A stretch of DNA of 40,637 nucleotides from Pelomyxa schiedti (taxonomy: Eukaryota; Protista; Evosea): NCBI GenBank assembly GCA_020536535.1, contig JAHLWZ010000939.1, positions 1-40,637 of the forward strand, read 5' to 3'. How positions within the stretch are numbered: position 1 is the first letter of the stretch; the number at the start of each line of letters is the position of its first letter. Positions 23,101 to 34,702 of this stretch are shown one piece after another. Below the pieces are notes generated by a model, which was not told the DNA's origin, did no database searches, and saw only the letters and a list, made by a program, of their open reading frames with translations. The position numbers and the translations under genes were made by a program.

Positions 23101-24811
23101 TCGGGATAGATTGGGATGTCTGTACTAGATCGGCTATGGTGGTGCCAGGTTGGAATTTCTTTCGAAGGTAGTCAGAAACGATCTTGGGGAAAGGTTCGGA
23201 AGAGTGAGCAGCAAGGTGGGTTATGCACTGTATATCCGAGGCAGGGTAGTGCTTTGGAACTTGTCTAGAGATGGATTTCTTGACCATTGTTTGAAAATGT
23301 TCTCTAGTTGTAGTTGCCGAGGGGTCCTCTCCAACAAACTGGCAAGCAACTTGGAAAATATCCAGCTTCGCTGGTGTACTGGGAAGCACTGATCTATGTT
23401 TCTGTGGCACTCTCAGGACAAATGGATACCTGAAGGAATTAATATTGTAAATTGTCCAGCAAGAAAACCTTGGAATTCCCAAAGAAATGAAGAAATCTTG
23501 GATGCACTTAACTACAGTGGTGTTGGGTGCAACCAGTCCCAGAAACTTCATTGACTTGGTTTCAATGACAAGTCTACCTTCGCGGGACATCTCGAGACCG
23601 GTAATTGAAACAAGAAATATCTTCTGTGGGACATGTGGGACAGTGAAACCTCCAGTGGCGCTGAACTTGGGCCCATAGTCAGTTTCTACAAGTGGCATTT
23701 CCCTCTTTCCTTGATGATAACAGCAAGGAGTATACCAGCAAATTGTTGTGGGAGAAAGCGGGTTCTTGAACGCAATTGAAGGGGGAGATATATGGCACTC
23801 GCCGGTTGAATCTGTGAACACCACGGGAAATTCGGGATCTGAACTGTCAGCTGATTTCCATCCAGATGGAAGTGCTACAATACATAAGTTATTTCAAACT
23901 GAGGCTGTACAACCAACAGGAACCAAGCTGAATTCACAATGAAGTTCCCCAGAAACATCCTTATCCTTCGGATTTATTTTTGAAAGGGCAAGTTTAACTG
24001 GAACTCTATGTTTGGTGAGAAGAGGAAAGATCCAGACATTAGATACGGTTGGCCAACTGGAACAGTTGTGAGTGGCAATAAATCCCAGTGACATTTTCCC
24101 ATTGGTTCATCTCTTTTCATAGGGAAAAATATTAAACTAACAGATAGAAGTCTGAGGTAGCAACTTTATAAATCTTTCCCAGTCCCAAACTTCAAATAAC
24201 ATAGAGTCGCTTGTTAAGTCATAGGGTTCAAAAATAAACTCCTGGTTCCATTCAGGATCCAGAGTGCGCTTGATTTTTTTTGTCTACACCCAAGTTAGGA
24301 CTTCTTTCCATTTCCATTACAATATCAGAGGTAGAAATTGCTAAGTTGTAAGGTCAGCAGCCATTATCACCTTCTCGATTTGCTCAAACATTGCAGCAAT
24401 GACATAGGGGTCGGCCTTTCGGGTAAACATGTCCCTGATTGCCAATCCCTGAGCACTTTTGATGACCACCTTGACATTATAAGGCACATTAAGAGGTGTC
24501 TTGACGACGGCGACGGTGACGGCGACTGCAGACGACGACGAACTAGAACTCGTTGCCGTCGTTGTTGATGGCGTTTTCGGTGTGGTTTTCGTTTTCGTTT
24601 TTGAGCTACTCGTAGTAGTAGTGCTCGTTGCAGTCGTAGCAGCAGAAGCAGCGGCGGCGGCGGTAGGTGTTGTTGGGGGCTCCGTCCCATGACCGCTGGA
24701 TTTGGGGGCATCGGGTGTGCTCGTCCCGGCAGAGTCGCCCCCGTGGTGGTGATTATGGGAGTGGTGGGAGTGATGGTGATGGTGGTGATTGTCGTCGTCC
24801 TTGTCGGCCAT
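18881..24811 (-). CDS. Probable single gene: His-rich N-terminus, C2, degenerate WW, LRR, acidic linker, GT49 (LARGE/B4GAT1-type) glycosyltransferase. Alternatively two tightly packed genes split near 20335-20610
   Basis: I traced an in-frame GT-AG splice path from the ATG at 24811 into the GT49 domain, which continues to the TAG at 18881. Junction introns 20581..20617, 20311..20355, 20145..20187 and 19996..20045 are all phase 0. Confidence 0.6.
21560..24490 (-). other. C2 domain, WW-like motif and RNase-inhibitor-type LRR domains
   Basis: C2: VKVVIKSAQGLAIRDMFTRKADPYV...TKKIKRTLDPEWNQEFIF...FEVWDWERFIK|DEPMG. WW-like: ALPSGWKSADSSDPEFPVVFTDSTGECHISPP. LRRs: LTSVDLSVNNLGSDG, LQHLDLHATQC, LKFLDISSNPF, ITHLDISNSKL, LTYLDVSNN. 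Confidence 0.85.
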
Positions 24812-25293
24812 TGATCCACACAAACGTCTGGGGGGTCTTTTCGAGACGAAGCGGTATTGATGTTACGCAAACTGATAAAACGTCCAATCGTCGTGCCGGT
24901 GTTATATAGCACACATGATGTCATATTCCCCCCTTTTTCCCTCTTTCACAATAGCATCATCAGCATCAGCAAAAGTCTGACGTCATTGGGTTCTCGCCTA
25001 CGGCCGAAGCTAGAGAAGAACAGAGAACGCCACTCGAACAACCTCCTCAAAATTAGCAGGGACTGACGGGCAGTTACAGCCGTCGTTGGCCATACTCTAC
25101 AACGGATAGATACTGGGTTTTTTCACAACTTCCTAGCATTTCGTCCTGGTGTTTGTGCTCTTCTTTCCATCAAACTGAAAAGCTGTGGTGATGGTTGCAC
25201 GTACGTTGGAGACCGCCAAATAGACCCGTGGCCAATTTTGAACTCAAAAAAAAAAAAAAGAATTGTTTGGAAAGGAACAACTATGCAGCTTAA

Positions 25294-27595
25294 TCAGGGG
25301 TTGCCAGTTTTGGAGGACAACAGCACCATTGTTGATGTGGACGCTGAGGAACCTGAACTTGCAGCAGAGGGCAGAAGAGTAGCCGTGTGATAACTTGAGG
25401 TCACACGAGGGGGCTTGGCAGGCGCGTCGGCCATTCCCAGTGACAGAGTCCGGAGTGTGTCCTGCACGAGCTCCTGCAGTGTTGGGAATCCCGGTGGATC
25501 ATCAAACGTGAATATGCCTTCGCTGTTGCTGTTTTATTTGGGTGTGTGGGTTGGGAGTTTAATGCCACAGAGAGTAGGATGTACCTTGTGGGCAACCGCC
25601 GGAATCTTTTGTGTGAAATTCCTCCTACGATGTCATGCCAGGAGAATACAAAGTAACCAAGCTCACTGCCACTGAACCTTACAAGCCACGATTTTGGTGC
25701 AGCCAGTAATAGTGCTGTGTTGGAAGTGCTTATGTTGCCGTGGAAGTAGGCCAACCCTATCACTTCATGTATCTGTGGCGAATTACGTTTTTTTTTTTTT
25801 TTTTTATAGGAAGAGTGTGGAACCTTTTGTGCAAGTCCAATACCTTCCGATATGCTACCAAAGCCATCGAGAATGGCCATGCGTTCTCTGGTCACTATGT
25901 CGCTGTCGTTCTCTATTTGTTGGTTGTTTGGTGGGAGTGATGATTGAAGGCTTCGGCAGCATACCAACCAAGACCTCTTGCATCGATTGCAAGAGTGGAA
26001 TAAGAGGTGTTGTAGAAATATCAGGTGTTCCTGCGTATTGCACAGAGAGAGGTCGTCCTTCAGGAACAAGGTTGAATTCACAAGAAAAAGCATCAAGGAA
26101 GGCTGACCAAGGTACCGCTGTCTAATTTGTGGTCAGCAAGAGGAGTGGAAAAGGGGAAGGGGAAGGGAAGGAAGACCTGGTACTGGAAAAACTTCAGCCA
26201 AAATTGATTGGTAGGTGGGTCAGGAATGATTACGTGGATGATCTGATTTAGACATGTGTAAATTACAGTGTGTGCCCAGATAACTTACTCTTTGACGTAG
26301 ATTGGAGACAATGTAAGGAAAATCTGGTCTGTTTTCAGGTTTGCCATCCCAGCAGCGCCTTGGTTCAGAAATTAATTAAATTCTTTGATGAAGAGGAAAA
26401 AGTAACTGCATGAGATCAACATATCCGGGATTTGAGTTGCGGGGAATAGGAGGTCTTATATTATTGTTACAAATATCCGTCGCAAACTCTAATTCAAATT
26501 AAGAAGAGTTGGAATTTTCATTTCCTTACCACTTAAAACAGTATAAGACGGGAAAAGAGGAGCACGTGTAAGAATTTGCCAAAGAACTAAACCAAAACTG
26601 AATCCTCCCAGTTAGATTAAGTGCTTTTAAAGTGTAAAGTACCTATAAACATCAGCTTTTTCGTTGAAACCTTGCCCCCTCAAAACTTCTGGAGCCATCC
26701 AAAGAGGAGTCTGGTGTAGATATAAGATGCGTGAAGACATGTGCTGAGAAGTACCCCCTTTGCCACAAGTTTGTCACGCAATACAGCTTGGCCATTTGGC
26801 CTTAATTCACTTAATCCGAAGTCACAAACCTACCATAATGTTTGTGACCAAATACTTAGGTAAAGATTTCACCAACTTTCACATGGTTATGTTGATCTAC
26901 AAGTAGATTGGATGCTATGGACATCATTAGTGACTTTTTTAAGGATTGTGGCCAATTTAACTCTTGAGATCTCTGTGTATAATAGCAGGGTTTGAGGAGT
27001 GTAGCCACGATACACCTAGTGCAGCTTCTGTAGCCATTGTGAGCCTGATAGCAAGTGGCATGTGTTTTGATGTGTCCAAGAGCAGGCTTTCCAGGTTATT
27101 CTGGTATAAACCCAATTGGTGAGTACTAGGGTGAGACCCGTGCAACTTACACTCAGAAGCTCCATGCAAATAGAAATTTCATTACTTTTGGAAGTGCAGG
27201 CTCCCATAAAGAGGCAGACATTTGGGTGAGCAACCTTACTACAACAGGCCTTACTTAGATAAACAGAGCTCCATCTCCTACCTCATAATGGCAACTTCAT
27301 TTCTGAAGCTCCTCATAGCTCCCTCATCAAGACTATGCGTTACAACCTTGACTGCCACTTGTGTACTTCTAAGAAATTACTTAACAAAAAAAAAAAAAAA
27401 AAAAACCTCACCTGCAAATCCCACTCCAAACAGTGCCAAATGCACCTTTAGAATAAAGGGAAAAAAAGTCAGTCCAAGCAAGAGCCTAGTGACAACCAAA
27501 AAACCACAGTGGAATTCCCTACCACCACCAATTGGATGAAGCAGGCGTATTTCTTCAGGAGAAATTTCCGGTAGCCCACCAAAACGCGCCGCCAT
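25294..27595 (-). CDS. shk: Shk-type tyrosine-kinase-like (TKL) protein kinase with a C-terminal SH2 domain
   Basis: LPEISPEEIRLLHPIGG|GAFGTVWSG, VAVK, HPNVCLFMGAC, IIHRDLK|TSNLL, VCDFGLS, TPLWMAPEVL, EKADVY. SH2: YFHGNISTSNTALLL...WLVRFSGSELGYFVFSW. This is the architecture of the Dictyostelium Shk kinases. Confidence 0.88.
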
Positions 27596-27662
27596 CTCTC
27601 AGTAATAAACAATGTGGTATGTCTTCTTTTACTTAGTTGGTGCGTTCCCGGAATTCGGTCAA

Positions 27663-30600
27663 TCAATAGCGCCCTCCGATGGGCCTCGTTTTTTTCGTGT
27701 GTTCTAGCTGGCAATCTAGAAGGGCAAGTTGGTACTCCAGCTCCTCGGCGTCGTCTTTGGAGACTGGCTCCCATTCCAGGTTCTGCAGCGGTGTTATACT
27801 CGCGTCCTTGGTTGTTGTCGATGGTGGGGTGGCTGTAGCTGTTGACTTGGACTTTGATTTGGGTTTGGATTTCTGCGGTTTGGGGGAGGAAGGACTTGTG
27901 GGAGGCTGTGTTGGTGTCGCTGGCGGTGCAACCGGTGCTGCTGTTGGTGTTGTTGGTGTGGTAGTGGCAGTACTAGTGGGCAGAGACAGTGAGAGCCTGC
28001 GGCACGCGAAATTGTACAGCTTGGTGGTGGCCGAGGCCACGCGGCTGGCTGCCTTCTGCACGTTGTGGTGCTCGGCCGTGGGGGGGTAGCACATGATGGT
28101 GATGTTGGGCGCCGTGGCGTGCGCGTTCGGGTGGTAGCTGCACGTGCTCACGAGGCGCGCCGTGGCGACGGCGACGCCTTTCCCTGCCGAGGCCAGGAGC
28201 GACTGGAAGAGCACATCCTGCGCGGCAAATTTGAGTGAGGAAAACGAACCCCGGTTGGGATTATGGGTGGGTGGGTGGGTGGGCGAGGGGGGAGAGGCGT
28301 GCCGTACCTGTTTGGCTGATAGAAGAATGGCACTGGCATTGAGAAGGTCCTTTGTACTTTCAGCAACTGCACTTGAGGCTGTAATCATTTCGTCGGCGGC
28401 CTGTTGATATTTCGCAGAGAAAGTCTGTTTTTGTGTTACAACAAAAGAAAAGAGACTGAAGAACGGCCAACGAGTCTTCTCAATGTGCCAGAAATCTTTT
28501 TGGCCTCAACTGTACTGAGAATAAGTGAAGTAGTCGAATCTGCAATCTCCCGTAGAAGGGAGCAGAACGAACTTGAAGACTCTTAGTAACTTTCGAGGAA
28601 AAAAGAGAGAAAAGAAAATACTGGAAATCAGTTTGGTCCAGAGTTTCATTGGAAAGAGTTTGTATGAGTGAGGCACAAAAACTATCCAGGTCCTTGATTA
28701 AAGTGAATCTAATTTATACAGAATTTATGAAGGACACACGTTTGCCAGAGTGAGAATGGCTGGTGAAGTATTCACACCAGCTAGTCCCTGCCTGACAGCC
28801 AGGGAAGCAAGAGACCCAGGTTTAGTGTGCGTAGGACGAATGGGCTTGGGATTGCTGTGAGTCGGAGGTGGCGGTGGCGGTGGAGGCGGGGGCGGTGGTG
28901 GTATTGGTGCCTTTGTAAGAGGAGGAGGAGGCAAAGATTTGTTTGGGGAACGCATGGTTACGGAAGGGGAAGGGGGTAATGGTGTTGATGGAGTTAAGAG
29001 GAGTGGACGTGATGGGGTTGGACTTGAGGCAGATGTGGAACTAAAAGATGCTCCTCTACCAGGAGGAGGTGGCGGTGGTTGGGTTGATGGAAGAGCCTTC
29101 CCTGATACTGTTGTTCGGGGAAATATTGCCAAGGTTTCCTCAAAGCATGCAAGACTTGTTTCTTGGTTCGAAAAAGAAACGGAAAATTATGGGAATACCT
29201 CTTTTCGAGCCCCACATCAATGGCTTCAAACCTGTCACCTCTAACACCGCCTGCCATACAGTAGGTCATATTAATCAGAGAGAGGAAGGACCTGAAGCGA
29301 TCTCAGACATATAGGTGATCAGACTGCTGTGAATATTTGCAAAGCTTATCTCTAGAGGTTCTTTGATCTCAAATCCTGGAGAACAAATATTGGTACCAGG
29401 AATAGAATATTAAGCGAACTGTAGGTATAATGATGTTAGTGGGAGAATAAACCATTCACAAGGTCGAGTAGTTGTTGTAAGCCTTCTGTAGTAGCTTTTC
29501 CCAATTGAGATAAGCGACTTTGGGTAAAGTCCATCTGATCCGAAGGACTGAAAGGTGATTAGAGAAGAGAAAAAGGTGGAAGGCCAATGTTTCATGGCCT
29601 TGAATCACAAGTAAAGTAAGCTTACTTTACAAAGCTATCTATGAAATCTGCAATGGTACTTCTGACTACGGCAAATTGCTTTCCAATAGCACCAGCCCTG
29701 AAATAATCGTTTAACGTGTTAAGAACATTGCTGGGTATTACGTTGAGGTGTGAATGGCTTTGGGGGTCAAATTTTCCATGTGTAACTTGATTTCAAGTAA
29801 TCCACATGCAACAACTGGAATACTTTGTATAAACCCAAAGAGATCATGGGAAAACCTCTATCGATTGAAGTAGAAAGGAAGTGCTTTAAATCCTGAAGGG
29901 ATTCAATCATTCCTTGAGAAACTCTGTCTAAAGTTTTTGACAGAAATTCCGATGGTGTCTCTTGCATGCCTAGAAAAATCCTTAAATTGAATAAGGGAGG
30001 GAGTATATACTTTTCCCAACAAGTATCACTTGCTGTGAGGTTAATAAAACCCCTTTAGCTGCTGCATATAAACCCTACAGAAGTATTAAAAAAAAGAGGA
30101 GTGCCGTAAATACCTACTTGAACAGCAACAGTGTCCCTCATAATACTACTACATAATTTTAGAGCGTCCCTGAGACCATGAGCAAAAACAGAGAGAGAAT
30201 TGGTGAGTTTTCCGAACTCTAAGCAGGCTCCTGCTTTGTTGGATGCCAAGACATCCTGGGGATATTAACAGAAAGAACAAAAGGAGTAATACCACACCAG
30301 TATCTGAACTCTTAGTGCGGACATACTATCTACGGAAGAAATAGCTTCATCGGTAACAGAAGTTAAGGTAACACTGTGGAGTAAGTAAAATAAATAGAGA
30401 AAAAATATGTGTTTAGTTGCCTTTCTGGAAGATCATTTCTATTTAGAAGTTGACCGGCAACAGCAAAAACAGAATCAGATGTTACAGCATTCAATGCAGA
30501 AGATAGTTTATTAACAGATTCCTTGTGACATTACAAGGCATAGCAAGAGAACGCAAGAACCTGAATAAGAATGCGTCCAGTAAGGAAATCTCTTTCCTTT

Positions 30601-32024
30601 AGCTTTTCTGCAGCTATTTGGGCGGGAAACTTAAATTTTGGAGTGGCATCTTGAATTTCATCTGGAGATGCCCCAGACATCAGGATGGGCACATGGACCT
30701 TGAATTAAACATAAATGCGAAAGCAACATTGCCCCAAGGGACGTACTTTTACATCGTTACCAAGGGTAAGAACACATCGTGCAATTATCTTGTACCACAC
30801 TTCCAATATTTTGGCCCCAGTCACTGTTGGCTGCAAATCGAGATGCCTTGGAACCAAGAGGGGGATGTCAGCAACGTAATCTTCCTTGACAACGGGGAAT
30901 CCTTCTTTGACAGGTATGACGGACACTCGTTTGTTCTCCTTGGATGCTCCGAATTTCATTGCTGTTGCAGGTTATCTGCCTAAGCATCGTAATACTGAAT
31001 GTGAAAGCTGCATACTTTGTCGCAAGTATACAGTGCAAGATTGAACTGGCTTAGATGATACGTTGTGAATGCGAACCCTAATAGTGACCTAATGCTTTTT
31101 AAGTAAAGAGGTCTGTTTCCGGGTACAAACTGTGTCACCAGGGTAAGTAATTTGCTTATCAGCAGTAGCATCCAGATGAAAGGAATTACGATAGCCCATA
31201 TTGGCACTTACAGTTGCAGGAATTGTTGTAGGGTTCAGGCATGGTTTTACTGCAATGCATTTCAGTAAAGGATGACATGACTGGCAAATGGTACCAACAC
31301 GCACGATTTGTTCCAATTTTGCAGAATCACGCCAACTTCCACTCAGTCTTACCTTCATTACCAAAGAGTATTCTACCTTGACCTAAAGAATGTCCAGTGT
31401 GAAAATGAACCAAAGAATCAACACAGGAAAAAGCACCTTGCCACACTTGAAAGAGCAGGAAGGAGCAGCGTCGGTTGGTATTTTAAATGAAAATGGATAT
31501 GTCCCCAAACTTTGTGCAAAAATTTCAGAGGGAGGCTTATTGCTTGGGTAAAGGATGGCTTTTTCAGAGAAGTGAACCCGTCTCTTTGGCGTTCCCTGAT
31601 CAAAAAGTGAAAAAAAGGGGGGCTATATCTCACAGGCGATAAAGCTTACCCCAGGTACAACACGATCAACAGCCATGGCAACATTTGTAGCTTCTCTAAA
31701 TTATGGGTTACTTTAACTCCCATAATCGCAATGGGTAACGAGGCAACAAGTTGAAAAGAGGGATACAAACGAGGATGTTGTGGTCTCGACAGCTTCAAAG
31801 ATCAGAGTTACTCTCTCTATCTTGGACGACTTTTTAGATTTCGCAACTGACGCCGTGAGCTGCTGCGCCACGACTCCAGTCGCAGCGTGTTCATGTTGGC
31901 TGCTCATTATTCCCATAACTTCGCCACACAGCGTCGCCACCCCGCTGATGTTCGTGCCCGTGGCCCACAGCACTTTGTCTCCGTCATACTTGATAACAGC
32001 CGGAGGCCCACGGCCCAGCGACAT
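27663..32024 (-). CDS. Arrestin-fold N-terminus, talin-rod-like helical bundles, polyproline linker, C-terminal I/LWEQ (THATCH) actin-binding domain
   Basis: Arrestin-like: GTYPFSFKIPTDAAPSCSFKCGK|VKVEYSLVMKV, DKQITYPGDT, LQPTVTGAKILEVWYKI. Talin-R9-like: SVFAVAGQLL...GLYAAAKGVLLTSQQVILVGKS. PPPPPPPPPPPPP linker. I/LWEQ-like: LLREIADSTTSLI...EMITASSAVAESTKDLLNAS...LLASAGKGVAVATARLVSTC...VQKAASRVASATTKL, then terminal helix EELEYQLALLDCQLEHTKK. An in-frame splice path was traced across the domain junctions. Confidence 0.72.
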
Positions 32025-32215
32025 TCACAGGTTTCGAGAAAAACACTCTTGTGAGATCTGAGAACGAATGTGGGATTCAGTAGCCCTTCGACATCGAAGC
32101 GACACCACATGGCGAATAGGTGTGAAGGGAAAGAGACATGAGTTCCCTGCCTCTGAGTTTCTCATCAACAATTTGGTTTCGAAACAGTTCGTTTAACAAA
32201 CAGCAGCTGTTTGTC

Positions 32216-34640
32216 ATGTTTCGGATAGTGGTTGAAACAGACCAGAAGACAAACGCATCAGCACTGTCGTGCGACACTACGGATGTGACTGCAAGCGGAT
32301 CTGTTTGTGCCCCATCTCCAGATCTACAATCGCAAACGGGACTAAAAACCGGTGTTGTTCATACACCACCCCTTGTGTCGCCCAGTGCACCAACCGCGTT
32401 GGTTGGAATTGCTGCTCCCGCATCCGGCTCCGTTACGTGCTCGTCACCGCCGCTGCCGCTGCCGTCTCCGCCTGCTCCCGAGGACATTGCTGCGCCGTCG
32501 GGGGACGACGGGGGCGGCCCTGCTGCGGCCGCTTTTCCCGAGAGGGTCTTCTTCAACTGTGGGAATCCTTCTGTGGAAAGTATCACTGGGATAATCCACT
32601 TGTACAAAAGCAATCCTAGAAAGGAGGGCTCGCCTCCGCCTTCTCACCACGCTGCGGAAACACACAATCCTCAACAAGGGGTTGACCAACCCGGTCTGCC
32701 CACTGACCCACCAACGCAACTTGTTGGTGACCGGCAGGCTCAACCGCCAACACAGGCACTCCAAGCACAAGCAGTCGCTCAAACGTTACCTCAGACACAA
32801 CAACAAGCTGTTGACAGTAACAATCCACAGCTCAACATTCCGAATAGTACTTTATTGTGTGTGCTGGCTGTGCCTTCATACCTCACAACGTCGGATTTTG
32901 CCCGTTTCATCAGTGGATTCCATAGGTCAATTCACTACATGAAATTACTACGGTATTTATTCTGTCAAAACTCATCCTTGCATATTTGGCACACACGTTT
33001 TCTCACAAGGGTAATCTCTCACAAGTGATGCATCCCCCAATAAATACATGGTACTGCTCAAGTTTGATGATCAACAAAGTACTGATGACTTCTACTTTGC
33101 TTATAACGGCAGAAGATTCAGCTCACTGGAGGTGAATGAATTGTTAGGTGGAAATCTTTTCTAAGATTTATCATAGTTGGAAACCTGCCATGTTTTATAC
33201 GTTGCAAAAGTTGAGTTTATTTCTCCTTCCACAGCTCAACCTCTGTTCCCACCACCTGGTTTGACAGAACTTCCAACATGTCCTGTTTGCTTAGGTTGAG
33301 TTTCATCCGAATACTGAATTTCTTAGTCATCACTAGAACGGATGGATGCTGATTCAACTGGCCTACTCACAATTCTTTGTAACCACACTTTCCACACAGA
33401 GTGCCTGGCACAGGTTTCTTGTCTCTTCTATACAATCGCTAATTGTAGATAGTGGAAAGCAAGTGGTTGTCCTGTTTGCCGCTATGCGCAACAGCCATTG
33501 GGTTACGATACAAAATGCTATTCTTGTGATTGTACTGTATCCAAAGAACTCTGGATCTGTTTATTATGCGGCCACATTGGCTGTGGGCGGTTGGTTTTAT
33601 TTGCATTTTTACCATCATCTCACTGCTCTTCAATAGGTTTACTCATTCACATGCCTTTGAGCACTTCAAGTCAACTCGGCATGCTTATTCTCTTAATCTC
33701 GAGACAAAACGCGTCTGGGATTATGTTGGAGATAATTGGGTTCACCGCATTGTGCAGAATCGCACTGATGGAAAGCTTATTGAGGTATTGGGTACTTCTG
33801 TTTTCTCTTCCACTCACTCAATGCTTCTGCAGTTAGACTCCAAAGTAATGTCTTGCACTCCTGAAGCTTATCTTCTTAATTTGTGTCCCTTGTAGGATGA
33901 CAAAATGGCAATGAACTCTCTAGAAATGGAGTACACCCAGCTACTGCAAAATCATCTTGCTGTATTTGAGCGGGAGATGACGGAACTAAAGCTGGAACAC
34001 AGGCAACAAATGAGCAAAATGATTTCTGCACACAAAGTTTGTAAGAGAACCCTACGGTGATTACTTAAAGAAATTCTAGGAACAAATGGGCTCACTTCAC
34101 AAAGAAATTGCTGCTCTGAGTGGGCAATTATCCAAACTGGAAAAAGAGAGGAAACACGAAGCGGCCAAGGCTAAAGCAGCACAGCAAAAGGCCTTACAAC
34201 TTGCTAATGAAAAAGAAGAGCTGATTGACGTATGCTACGAACTTCCGCCTAGTACCCCAATCAACTTTTAAAGCAAAATCGAACATTGCGGGAGTCCAAT
34301 GAGCACCATTTGGAAAAAGTTGAGAGACTGGTCAAGGATGACACAAAAGATCGCAAGATAGCAGCCCTAGAGGTAAACAAACCCCTTTCCTTTTGCCAAT
34401 ATACCAACACATGAAAAGGCAGAGCTCAAGGACCTTATGTTCCATCTAGAAGCCCAAGAGCAGGTGAAAAACAACACGGAGTTGCAGCAAGGAAACATAG
34501 TAACCCAAGCACCTCCATCACCCCCAACTACAACCACAGCCACAACCACGAACACAAGCACAAGCTCAAACACAAACACAACCACAAGCACTTCAACAAG
34601 TAGAGGAAGGGGTACAAGAAGAGGGGGACGAAAGAGTTAA
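32216..34640 (+). CDS. BRAP: BRAP2/IMP (yeast Etp1-like) RING and ZnF-UBP E3 ubiquitin ligase
   Basis: FFNCGNPSVESITGIIHLYK. BRAP2 domain LLCVLAVPSYLT...NKYMVLLKF...YNGRRFSSLE. RING ELPTCPVCL|ERMD...ILCNHTFHTECL...CPVCRY. ZnF-UBP LWICLLCGHIGCGR...HAFEHF...TKRVWDYVGDNWVHRI. Coiled-coil C-terminus. Confidence 0.93.
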
Positions 34641-34702
34641 CAACAAATTTGATGTTCTTTTTTTTCCTCTTGTCCAGTTTTCAAATACACAATTCTGGAT
34701 TT

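Noticed and set aside
24857-25066. 69-aa ORF in the gap between the C2 gene and the kinase gene
   Set aside because: No recognisable motif; starts at a non-ATG codon and probably lies in promoter/UTR sequence.
25294-32024. Fusion of the arrestin-I/LWEQ gene with the Shk kinase
   Set aside because: The I/LWEQ dimerisation helix ends at a clean stop, as in talin and Sla2, and the kinase has its own ATG and a typical Shk N-terminus. No convincing bridging intron.
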